Below are positions 26,105 to 38,135 of a stretch of 64,000 nt of DNA, piece after piece; position 1 is the first letter of the stretch, and every line of letters starts with the position of its first letter. The DNA comes from Pristiophorus japonicus (lineage: Eukaryota): contig NW_027254447.1 in assembly GCF_044704955.1 (NCBI RefSeq), positions 186,001 through 250,000 on the forward strand, in the 5' to 3' direction. The position numbers and the translations under genes were made by a program. The notes beneath the pieces were generated by a model. The model ran no database searches. It had not been told where the DNA came from and worked only from the letters and a program-made list of their open reading frames with translations.

Positions 26105-27739
26105 TTTATTCATAGGCAGTCCCTCGGAATCGAAGAAGACTTGCTTCCACTCTAAAAATGTGTCCTTAGGTGACTGAACAATACAATACGAGAACCACAG
26201 TCCCTGTCACAGGTGGGACAGATAGTCATTGTGGGAAAGGATGGATGGAACTGGTTTGCCACATGCTCTTTCCGCTGCCTGCGCTTGATTTCTGCATGCT
26301 CTCGGCGATGAGACTCGAGGTGCTCCACTTAGGGCCGTCTTTGGCCAGGGACTCCCAGGTGTCAGTGGGGATGTTGCACTTTATCAGGGAGGCTTTGAGG
26401 GTGTCCTTGTAACGTTCCCTTTGTCCGCCTTTGGCTCGTTTGCCATGAAGACGTTCTGAGTAGAGCGCTTGCTTTGGGAATCTTGTGTCTGGCATGCGAA
26501 CAATGTGGCCTGCCCAGCGGAGCTGATAAAGTGTGGTCAGTGCTTCAATGCTGGGGATATTGGCCCAGTCAAGGACATTAACGTTGGTGAGTCTGTCCTC
26601 CCAGGGGACCTGCAGGATCTTGTGGAGACATAGTTGGTGATATTTCTCCAGCGACTTGAGGTGTCTACTGTACATGGTCCATGTCTCTGAGCCATACAGG
26701 AGGGCGGGTATTACTACAGCCCTGTAGACCATGAGCTTTGTGGCAGATTTGAGGGCCTGGTCTTTGAACACTCTTCTTCAGACAGCCAAAGGCTGCATGG
26801 GTGCACTGGAGGCGGTATTGAATCTCCTCATCAATGTCTACTCTTGTTGATATGAGGCTTCCGAGGTATGGGAAATGGTCCATGTTGTCCAGGGTCACAC
26901 CGTAGATCTTGATGACTGAGGGGCAGTGATGTGCAGTGGGGACAGGTTGGTGGAGGACCTTTTGTCTTACGGATGTTTAGTGTAAGGCCCATACTTTCGT
27001 ACTCCTCAGTGAATACGTCGACTATGTCCTGGAGTTCAGCCTCTGTATGTACGCAGCTGCAGGCGTCGTCTGCGTACTGTAGCTTGATGACAGAGGTTGG
27101 GGTGATCTTGGATTCGCATGCCAGACACAGAATTCCACAGATTCACAACCCTCTGGGAGAAGGAATTTCTTCTCCCAGAGGATTGTGAATCTGTGGAATT
27201 CTTTGCCCAAGGAAGCAGTTGAGGCTAGCTCATTGAATGTATTCAAATCACAGATAGATAGATAGATTTTTAAACAATAAGGGAATTAAGGATTACGGGA
27301 AGCGGGCAGGTCCACGGCCAGATCAGCCATGATCTTGTTGAATGGCGGAGCAGGCTCGAGGGGCTAGATGGCCGACTCCTGTTCCTAATTCTTATGTTGG
27401 ACCTGACCTGGAGTCGACGAAGGTTGAACAGGTTCCCACTGGTTCTGTAGTTTAGTTCCACTCTAGTGGTAAGCTTGTTGACTGTGAGGTGGAGCATGGC
27501 AGCGAGAAAGATTGAGAAGAGGGTTGGGGTGAAGTCCCAGCCCTGTTTGACCCCAGTTTGGACATGGGTTGGCTCTGTGATGGATCTGTTGGTAAGGATC
27601 ACGGCCTGCATCTCGCCGTGGAGCAGACAGAGGATGGTGACTAACTTTTGGGGGCATCCGAAACAAAGGAGGACGCTCCATAGACCCTCGTGGTTGATAT
27701 TGTCAAAGGCCTTTGTAAGGTCGAAGAAGGCCATGTACA
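26105..27739 (-). mobile_element. RTE/BovB-like LINE, 5'-truncated
   Basis: FDLTKAFD, GVKQG, HFPYLGS, LLYGSETW and LRWAGH motifs; 12-bp TSD AGGTACAGAATA at 26093-26104 and 27740-27751. Confidence 0.92.
27113..27396 (+). mobile_element. Short CR1 3' insertion nested in the RTE
   Basis: CR1 tail; TSD TTGGA at 27108-27112 and 27397-27401. Confidence 0.85.
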
Positions 27740-27943
27740 AGGTACAGAATAAACACCACACTCACATATTAGAGAGTGACAGGTACCGATTAAAACCCAC
27801 AATCACATAACCGAAACTGAGAGGTACAGAATAACCCCCACAATCATATACCAGTAACTGACGGGTACAGATTAAACGCCACACTCATATACCAGAGATA
27901 GATAGGTACAGAATTAAATACACACTCACATACCAGAATCTGA
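27740..27943. repeat. Continuation of the minisatellite array
   Basis: About 5 more units of the same repeat after the RTE. Confidence 0.9.
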
Positions 27944-28060
<117 letters not shown>

Positions 28061-28100
28061 AACTCCACGCTGTCCTGACAGAACAAACCCCATACACAAC

Positions 28101-28116
28101 GGCTCTTTTAAGAGCC
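28101..28116 (+). terminator. Histone 3' stem-loop (H2B pseudogene)
   Basis: GGCTCTTTTAAGAGCC-ACCCA, then purine-rich GAAAGAGCTG. Confidence 0.9.
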
Positions 28117-28990
28117 ACCCACAGCCTCTCTGAAAGAGCTGCACAAGCGCATCACCCTTTAGACTCAATTTACTGTAATTATTTCCTGAACATGTGTGTT
28201 TGAGAACCTTTGCAGTTCCAGCTGTGGATTTAGTTTTGATTTCTCATAAGCAGCTTCACTGTCCGGTTTGACGTTAGGCCGCTGTTGAATTTCCCGCCAT
28301 TCAAGCTACAAACACGGTTCCTTGTCGCTCGTTCCCATTTACAGCGCCTGTCGAGGAATTAGGAGCTTGTTTAGGGGATGAGACTCACATTTCAGTCACC
28401 TCATTCGCAAGCCCCTTTCGAGTTTATTTTTCAATTCCTGTTGCAGGTCAATCCTTGTATTAACCCGGGACTCCCCGCAGTGTAAAAACCGAGAATGGGA
28501 GTTCGTACAGAGACCAGAACGGGAGCAGTGTGAACACTCTGTCCCTCTTCCCTTTTCACAGAAGGACTTCCAGTTCTGGTCTCACTTCCCCCTGTGCGGA
28601 GGATCGATCCATGATCTGTGATTCCCAACTTTTACACAGTTTGAGCTGGAATGTGCCCCGTTACAGAGTCAGTGGGGATTGATTGCCGTCCGTTACAGAC
28701 AGATTGACAGTGAACGCGAATTTAATCCTGATTTTAACAGTCTGGAATTTGTAAGGGAAATATGGAATAAAATAAAAGGAAGTAAAACCTGTTTGTAAAC
28801 TTTTGGCTAATGGTGAATTTATTAACATAATCCGCACTTAAAAAAATTATTGGCGGTGTTTTTGAAATTAAAAATCGTTCGAGGTCTGACTGTTGACAGG
28901 AATTTCCGCCCTCGTTTCATTGGTGGTCTCAACAGACAATGGGTAAGGCGAGAGATTAACATTCAGCGGTGATTTGAGTAAAGAATCACC

Positions 28991-29212
28991 ATGACTGGAT
29001 GAGGAGGCAAAGGATTGGGTAAAGGCAAAGTCAAGCGAATCTCGGGCCTGATCTACGAGAAGACCCGCGTGATACTGAAGGTTTTCCTGGAGAATGTGAT
29101 CCGCGATGCGGTCACCTACACTGAGCACGCCAAGCGCAAGACGGTCACTGCCATGGATGTGGTCTACGCTCTGAAACAGCAGGGCCGCACTCTCGATGGG
29201 TTCGGCGGCTGA
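28991..29212 (+). pseudogene. H4: Histone H4 pseudogene (internal deletions)
   Basis: [13 protein letters not shown]...DGFGG*; N-terminal region deleted; stem-loop GGCTCTTCTCAGAGCC at 29246-29261. Confidence 0.9.
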
Positions 29213-29487
29213 ACAACGCGACCTTTCCCCCAAGCACAACACAAAGGCTCTTCTCAGAGCCACCCACCGCCTCACAGAGAGAGCAGTGACCCGGGGAACG
29301 GGGGCGAGATAGTTGATTTACATTTTGTTCTGCATAGATATGTTTTTTTGCCAAAATCGATATTGTGGTGTTAGGTGTTTTAAATCAGCATATACACGAT
29401 GGACAGGATGTCCTTTTAGTTTTCGAATCATAGACATTTACGGAGCATTCCAGATGAAGGTAATACTGAAACAACTAATGTAGTTAG

Positions 29488-30745
29488 AACATAAGAACAT
29501 AAAAACATAAGAAATAGGAGCAGGTGTAGGCCATACGGCCACTCGAATCTGCTCTGTCATTTAATACGATCATGGACTACTTCCGTGCCCCATAAACCCT
29601 TATTCACTTATCGTTTAAGAAACTGTCTGTTTCTGTCTTAAATTTATTCAATGTTCCAGCTTCCACAGCTCTCTGAGGCAGCGAATTCCACAGATTCACA
29701 ACCCTCAGAGAAGAAATTTCTCCTCATCTCAGTTTTAAATGGGCGGCCTCTTATTCTAAGATTAAGACCTCTAGTCCTAGTCTCCCCTAGCAGTGGGAAC
29801 ATCCTCTCTCGTTCACCTTGTCAAGCCCCCTCATAATCTTATATGTTTCGATAAGATCACCTCTCAATCTTCCAAGGCCCAACCTACTCAACCTTTCCCC
29901 ATAAGTCAACTCCCTCATTCCGGAATCAACCTTGTGAACCTTCTCTGAACTGCCTCCAAAGCAAGTATATCCTTTTGTAAATATGGAAACCAAAATTGCA
30001 TGCAGTATTCCAGGTGTAGCCTCACCAATACCCTGTACAACTGTAGCAAGATTTCCCTGCTTTTATACTCCATCCCATTTGCAATAAAAGCCAAGATTCC
30101 ATTGGCCTTCCTGATCACTTGCTGTACCTGCATACTGACCTTTTGTGTTTCATGCACAAGTACCCCCAGATCCCGCTGTACTGCAGCACTTTGCAATCTT
30201 TTGCCATTGAAATAATAACTTGCTCTTTGATTTTTTTCTGCCAAAGTGCATGACCTCACACTTTCCAATATTATACTCCATCTGCCAAATTCTTGCTCAC
30301 TCACTTAGCCTGTCTATGTCCTTTTGCAGAATGTTTGTGTCCTCACACATTGCTTTTCCTCCCATCTATGTATCGTCAGCAAACTTGGCTGTGTTACACT
30401 CGGTCCCTTCTTCCAAGTCGTTAATATAGATCATAAATAGATGGGGTCCCAGCACTGATCCCTGTGGCATCCCATTGGGTACTGATTGCCAACGTGAGAA
30501 TGAACCATTTAGCCCGACTCTCTGGTTTCTGTTCGTTAGCCAATCCTCTATCCATGCTAATATATTACCCCCAACCCCATGAACTTTTATCTTGTGCAGT
30601 GAGTAACCTTTTATGTGGCACCTTGAAAATGCCTTCTGGAAGTCCAAATACACTACATCTACTGCTTCCCCTTTATCCACCCTGTTCGTTACATCCTCAA
30701 AGAATTGCAGCAAATTTGTCCAACATGACTTCCCCTTCATAAATT
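29488..30745 (-). mobile_element. CR1 LINE 3' fragment
   Basis: RT ORFs 30366..30740 and 29915..30304; (ACATAAGA)n tail. Confidence 0.9.
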
Positions 30746-31139
30746 CGTGCTGTTACATCCATGTTACATCAGTGGCAGATAAGAAAGGTGTTGAATTAAA
30801 CGATGGGAGAAAGGCAGCATCAGGGCGGAAAGACAGTGAGGGCCCCTTGCCCTCAGAGAAGGACTCCCAAGTCCTGATCAGAAGTGACCTTCAGGCAATC
30901 TCGGTTACAAACCGGTCAATGTCTCGAACATATAAAAATCTAGATCGACAAACACAGCAGCGAGTTTGCTGTTCAGATATATATATAGGAAAAAATGTGA
31001 ATGAAACTTGCTCATAAGTCCGGCCGTCATTAACCATTTTTACCTGAGAGCAGAACAGAAACATAAAGAACAGAGTACAAATCGGGAGGGGATGCAATTG
31101 ATGACCTCATTTAAGAATTTGAGATTGTGGCGAGCAATA

Positions 31140-31290
31140 AATCTGATTGGATGTTTAAAGAGACCAATCAGAGAGATACAGAACAATGGAAATTGACAAC
31201 GCAGCCAATGAACCAATCATAGTCATTGCCTTCACCAATTCCTCATTAGCATAGGGCTGTGGGCGGAGTGTGGGGCTGCCTATATAATAC
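31140..31290 (+). promoter_or_regulatory. H2B promoter
   Basis: Several CCAAT boxes, octamer-like CTCATTAGCAT, GC box and TATATAA at 31281. Confidence 0.8.
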
Positions 31291-31339
31291 TAGCCTGGAG
31301 CAGAATTTGCTTCATATCTGTGCCCGACTGAACAAGACG

Positions 31340-31714
31340 ATGCCTGAGGAAAAGAAACCAGCTTCAAAAAAGGGTGCCAAGAAAGTTATCAAGAAAACAC
31401 CACCAAAGGGCGGTAAGAAGCGCCGAAAGTCGAGGAAGGAGAGTTACTCCATCTACATCTACAAAGTGATGAAGCAGGTTCACCCCGACACCGGGATCTC
31501 CTCCAAGGCCATGGGCATTATGAACTCGTTTGTGAACGATATTTTCGAGCGCATCGCGGGTGAGGCTTCCCGCCTAGCCCATTACAACAAGCGCCGCACC
31601 ATCAGCTCCCGGGAGATCCAGACCGCCGTGCGCCTGCTACTGCCCGGTGAGCTGGCCAAGCACGCCGTGTCGGAAGGGACAAAGGCGGTGACCAAATACA
31701 CCAGCTCCAAGTAA
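31340..31714 (+). CDS. H2B: Histone H2B (replication-dependent)
   Basis: Intact MPEEKK...[22 protein letters not shown]...KYTSSK. Confidence 0.97.
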   Translation: MPEEKKPASKKGAKKVIKKTPPKGGKKRRKSRKESYSIYIYKVMKQVHPDTGISSKAMGIMNSFVNDIFERIAGEASRLAHYNKRRTISSREIQTAVRLLLPGELAKHAVSEGTKAVTKYTSSK

Positions 31715-31754
31715 AACTCCACGCTGTCCTGACAGAACAAACCCCAAACACAAC

Positions 31755-31770
31755 GGCTCTTTTAAGAGCC
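31755..31770 (+). terminator. Histone 3' stem-loop
   Basis: GGCTCTTTTAAGAGCC-ACCCA plus downstream element AAAAGAGCTG. Confidence 0.93.
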
Positions 31771-32674
31771 ACCCACAACATCATTAAAAGAGCTGCAAAA
31801 AATACATCTCCCTTTAGACTGAATTTACTATAATTATTTCCCGAACAACTGTGTATGAGAACCTTTACAGTTCCAGCTGTAGATTTAGTTTTGAATTCTC
31901 ATAAGCAGCTTCACTGAGGGGTTCGACCTTGGTGTCGCTGGAATTTCCTGCAGAGTCAACTACAAACACGTCCCTGGTCGCTTTCACTTTGTTCTCAGAC
32001 CCGTTCATTAACAGCGCCTGCCGACGAATTTATTTTGGGGGGCGAGGAAACTCCGATTTCAGTCACATTCTCACTCGAGCCCTTTTCACGTTTTGTTTTA
32101 TTCCATTGCGCTCAGTCTGTTTATTAACCAGAGACTCCCCGCAGTGTAACAACCCAGAATGGGAGTTCTTAGAGACTAGAACAGGGGCAGTTTGAACACT
32201 CTGTCCCTCTTTTTTCACAGAAGGACTCTCCGTTCTGGTCTCACCCCCACAGCAGCTCCTGTGAAAACAAGTTCACTTTTACAAAGCTGGAACTGGAATG
32301 TGTCCCGTTACAGAATCAGTGGGGACTGAGTCCCGCCCGTTACAGACAGTTTGAAGCTGAAGCCGAATTTAATCTTGATTGTAACAGGCTGGAATTTGCA
32401 AGGCAAACATGGAATAAGACAAAAGGAAACAAATTGTTTAGAAATATATGGCTAACGGTGCAGTTACTAACATAATCCGCAATTTTAACAATTATTGGCG
32501 GGATTTTTGAATTTTAAAAATCGTTAGATTCTGATTGTTGGGAACCAGTAATTTCCGCCCTCCTTTCTTTGGTGGACTAAACAGGCTGTGATTGGTCATC
32601 GGAAACGGCCAATGAAATCCACCACAGAGTGACCAATCACAAGTTGGCTCCCTGCATCCCTCCAGAAGGTATAA

Positions 32675-33118
<444 letters not shown>

Positions 33119-33148
33119 AGCGGATAAGATTTAATCTAATAACCCAAA

Positions 33149-33164
33149 GGCTTTTTTCAGAGCC
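33149..33164 (+). terminator. Histone 3' stem-loop (one G-U pair)
   Basis: GGCTTTTTTCAGAGCC. Confidence 0.85.
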
Positions 33165-33549
33165 ACTCACAGTATCTGAAAGGGCTGCTTACTGTATTAT
33201 TGGAGACCTTCAGTTCAGGTACCGATAAATTGGTCTGTTTCAGACCTGTATGCGGGAGTTTTCAGTTCCTGGTATCTGCATTACGGTTCTCTGCTCACCC
33301 AAACTGTTCGAGTTAGCAGCTAATAATTAAACTACAGTTGTCAGAGCCTCAAAACTTGTATAAATACTGCAACCGGTTCCTTAAATATTCTTTAGTCTAT
33401 CAATGAAAGCTGTATGAAGAGAGTCGGCTGTTATTAAAAGGGCCTAGTTTAATTATGGTCTGGTTTGAGAGTTTGAATGCTGGTTCTGTGCCCGGGAGCT
33501 CCGGCCGTTCCCGGGCTGTGTATTTCTCTTCCTTAGCCGGCCAGTTTAG

Positions 33550-33749
<200 letters not shown>

Positions 33750-33847
33750 TGATTTATATTTTGTTCTGTATAGATAGATATTTTCGCCAAGGTCTATATG
33801 TTTTAAATCAGCATATGCACGATGGATGGTATATCCTTTTAGTTTCA

Positions 33848-34166
33848 GAATTATAGACATTTATCATCGAAGCTTCCAGGACGGAAGGATGCCACTTCGG
33901 CCCATCGTGTCCGTGCCGGCCAATAAAAGGTTATCCAGCCTAATCCCACTTTCCAGCTCTAGGTCCGTAACCCTGCAGGTTATGGCACTTCAAGTGCACA
34001 TCCAAGTAGTTTTAAATGTGGTGAGGGTTTCTGCCTCGACCACCCATTCAGGCAGTGAATTCCAGATCCCCACCCTCTGCGTGAAGAAATTTCCCCTCTA
34101 AACCTTCTGCCAATTACTTTAAATTTCTGTCCCCTGTGCTAAGGGAAATAGGCCCTTTACAGCACA
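33848..34166 (-). mobile_element. Old CR1 3' tail fragment
   Basis: Similar to 16040-16345. Confidence 0.75.
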
Positions 34167-34429
34167 ACTCTTTTGGGGAAAACATCATAAATTAATCCAA
34201 GTGCCCCCAGATCTGGGGGACACTCCAAACACTTTTCTGTGCCCTTTTTTTTTTTGTTATTTTTGTGGGTTTTTTTTGGGGCAGAAAAACCATAATTTAC
34301 AAGTGTCCCCTATAAAAGGGAAGGGGGACACTAAAACCCAGCAATTAAAACAAATCAAACTTCAAAACATATAAAATCATATTAAAATTTGGTGCCGGGG
34401 GTGACAATGCACTCCAGTCCCTCCGGCAC

Positions 34430-37400
34430 CTACCTCTCGCAGAAGGCCGCGAGCGTACCGGTGGACACCGCGTGCTCCATCTCTAGGGACACCCTGGCCC
34501 GGATGTAAGCACGGAAGAAAGGCAGGCAGTCAGGCTGAACGACCCCCTCGACCGCCCGCTGCCTGGACCGGCTGATGGCACCCTTGACCGTGCCCAGGAG
34601 CAGTCCTACAAGAAGGCCTTCGGACCTACCCGCTCCCCTCTGCACAGGGTGCCCAAAGATCAGGAATGTGGGACTGAAGTGCAGCCAGAAATTGAGGAGC
34701 AGCCCCTTTAAATAATGGAACAGGGACTCTTCCAGACCGCAGAAATTGCAGGCGGCCTGGGAGCCCGTGAACCAACTTAAACATTTATTGCATGGGACTG
34801 CTCCGTGTACCACCTTCCAGGCCAAGTCCCCGATAAATAATGGGAGAACTCCCGCATAGAGTGCATTCCATCGGGGACCCCTGCCTCCTCCAGATGGCAA
34901 GATGGTACGCCATGGAGTGTCCGGATGGCAGACGAGGATGGCAAAGTTGAGAGTGTGCAGGAGCAGCCTGTACAGGAAACCCCTCCATGCAGAACTGAAA
35001 GGCACGGAGGGGATTTCCCCGAGGTGGCTCAAGTTGTGAGGCGCCGGCTCCCAAGGGAGGTTCCGCGGTTTGGCACCGATGAGGAATTCTGTCCGGACGG
35101 GGGGCAGTTCGGACGGGATCTCCTCACGTGCTTGAGCCTCCTCGACACACTTAATGGAGTCAGGGCCCAGAGCTGTTTTTAGCGACTCAATGGCATTGGC
35201 CATGCAGCGGACTTCGGCCGAATTTAGGTGCCAAGCCAGCATGTCTGGCGTCATCCAGCCTGCTCCTCCATCATTGAGCAGGTCCCTGACCCTGGTCACC
35301 TCGCCAGCCGCAGCCCTCTTGTTCGACTGCCACCTGAAACCTCGGTCGTGGAGGTACGGATTCCCGAGCAGCGGCTCCTGCAGGACAGCTGCCACTCCAG
35401 CCGGTGGAGAGCTGCGCTTGGTGGAGACTTTGTCCAGACCCTGATGAGTTCCTGGTAAAAGACAGGCAGCCCCTCGATGGTGGTCCTGATGCCCCCCAAG
35501 CTCACAAACAGGAGCTGCATGTCGTAGTTGAGGCTGTGCTGCTGGCGGAAGAAATGCGTCACCAGTGCACGCCACCTAGGAGGGGGCTCAACGTAAAGGT
35601 ATCTCTGCAGGGTCTGAAGACGGAAAGTCGCTAGCTGGGTGCTGACGCACACCAACAACTGACCGCCCTCCCTAAGCGGGAGACTCAAGACCGCCGCAGA
35701 GACCCAGTGCTTCCTGTTGTTCCAGAAGAAGTCCACCAGCTTCTTCTGTATCTTGGCGACAAACGCAGGGGGAGGGGTCAAAGTGACCAGCCGGTACCAC
35801 AGCATAGCGGCCACCAGCTGGCACTCGACCCCTGTAGGACAGCACTTCGAGCAGTCCTGTCCAGCGCCCGAGGCGAACGGCGACCTTGGCCTCCAGCTCT
35901 TGCCAGTTCGCCGGTCAGGCTTCCTCGTCAGGGCTCAGGTAGACTTCCAGATAGAGGAGATGGGTCGTGCTCCAGGCAAAAGGCCTGAGCTCCTCTGGCA
36001 GGGAGTCCACTCACCACTGACCCACCAGGAGTCCGGAACATTTCTCCCAGTTGATACTGGCGAAGGATGCGGCTGAGTAAATCTGCTGGCACTCACGCAT
36101 CCTCCGCAGGTCAGTGGGATCCTCTACCGTGAGGAGCACATCATCGGCGTAAGCTGAGAGGACGACCTCCATGCCCAGCCCTTGCAGAGCCAGTCCTGTC
36201 AACCTCGTCCGCAGGAGGCACAGGAAAGGCTCCACGCAGATGGCATATAACTGGCTGGACATGGGGCATCCCTGGCGCACCCCACTCCTAAAGCGAAGGG
36301 GCATCATCAAGGACCCATTAACCTTAATCAGACACTCCGCGGTGGCATACAAAAGTCGGATCCGGGTGACGAAATGCGTCCCGAGCCCGAAAGCGCGCAG
36401 AGTTCCAAACAGATAGTCGTGATCCACCCTGTCGAACGCCTTCTCTTGGTCGAGGGATAGGAAGGTGACCGACAGACCAGCCTCCTGGGAATGATGGATG
36501 AGGTCCCGAACCAGATGGATGTTATCGTGGATTGTCCGGCCCGGGACTGTGTAGGACTGGTCGGGGTGGATCATGTGGTCCAGCACAGTGCCAAGGCGAG
36601 CAGACATCACCCTGCCAAAGATTTTGTAGTCCGTGCTGAGGAGGGAGACTGAGCGCCAGTTCTTAAGTAGGCGGAGATCGCCCTTCTTAGGCAGCAGGAC
36701 GATGACTGCCCTGCATCTCCCCAGTTGCCAGACTTTCCCCCAGGACCCGCACGTTGTCACCCCCCAGGACGTCCCAGAACGCCCTGTGGAACTCCATGGG
36801 TCAGCCCGTCCAGCCCTGGGGCTTTTCCCCTCGATAGCCAGTGGAGGGCGCCAGGCTTAGCGGAGCTTCCAGATTTTCGGCGCCCTCCGGGCCGACCTTC
36901 GGTAGGTCCTCCCACAAAACTCTACGCACTTCCTAGCTGGACGGCTCCGGAGAGAACAGAGCCCCATAATATCCTCGGGCCCTGTTGCTGACGCCCTCCA
37001 GATCTGAGACAGAGAGCCATCATCGGCCAGCAACGTCAAGAGCTGCTTACGGACACCCTGTCTTTTTTCCAGCGAGTAGAAGAAGGGGGAGCCGCGGTCC
37101 AGATCCCGCAGGAACCGGATCCGCGACCTCACGAACGCGCCTCGGGACCTGACGAACTGCAGTCCTTCAGCGCTGCCTTCTGCGCTTCGTACACCATCCG
37201 CAGGGCCGGGTCCTCGACGACCTGACTGAGACGGGATTCCAGGTCGAGCACCTCTTTTTCTAGGCCCGCACCTTGGTCGACCCCCTCGCATACTCTTGGT
37301 AGAAGACACGGACGTGAATCTTGCCCATGTCCCACCATAACCTCAAGGAGGGGAAGTCCCCCTGCTTCCTTCTCCAGTCGGCCCAGAAATGACGGAACAA

Positions 37401-38123
37401 GTCCTGGAACCGCTCGTCCTCCAGCAGCTGGTTGTTAAAATGCCAGTACGCGGATCCCGTCCTCGCGTGGAGCGAAGCAAGCTCCGCCCACACCAGGTGG
37501 TGGTCCGAACACGGCACCGGCTGCATGGAGGCCGCCGGAACACAGGAAACGTACGCCCGAGACACGTAAAGGCAGTCGATTCTGGACCATCCTCTTCCAG
37601 GCCTCACCCAAGTAAAGGCGCTGGAGTCGGGATGGCGATTTCGCCAGACGTCCACCAAGTCGAAGGACCCGACCAGGTCCCTCAACTTCTCGATCGCCGT
37701 CATGCTCTGCGTGGCACCGGAGCGGTCCCTCACCTCGAGGGTGCAGTTGAAATCCCCTCCGAGGACAATGCAGTTGCCGACAGCGACAGAGCCAAGAAGA
37801 GCGGACACTTCATCGAAGAAGCGCGTTTGCTGCGGGCCGGGCTGAGGTGCGTACACATTCATGAGATGGAGCGGCACGTCCCCCAGGTGAACCGTGACGT
37901 GCAGCAAGCGGCAAAATGGCCACCCCACAAGAAGTGGCAGTGTGGTGACTCATGCGGACCTCTCCTTGCCATTCCAGGAGCCACGTTCGTCTCCCGGAAC
38001 GGTGTGGGTTTCTTGCAGGAAGCACACCGCGTATTTCCCCTCCCGCAGGAGTAAAAAATTGTTAAATCTACGGCGTGCCTCTCTGCCGCCGTTGATGTTG
38101 AGCCTGGCTATGGTTATCTTCAT
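34430..38123 (-). pseudogene. Tx1-like ORF2 (endonuclease + reverse transcriptase), frameshifted
   Basis: MKITIARLNING..LQETH, NVYAP, GGDFN, SDH, SLDQEKAFDRV, GVRQGCP, AYADD and CNFCG. Confidence 0.9.
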
Positions 38124-38135
38124 GACAACCTCTAC

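Noticed and set aside
31259-31339. N-terminal extensions of the H2B/H2A ORF calls
   Set aside because: They use non-ATG starts, and for H2B the start lies upstream of the TATA box; the true ATGs are at 31340, 32732, 41194 and 42486
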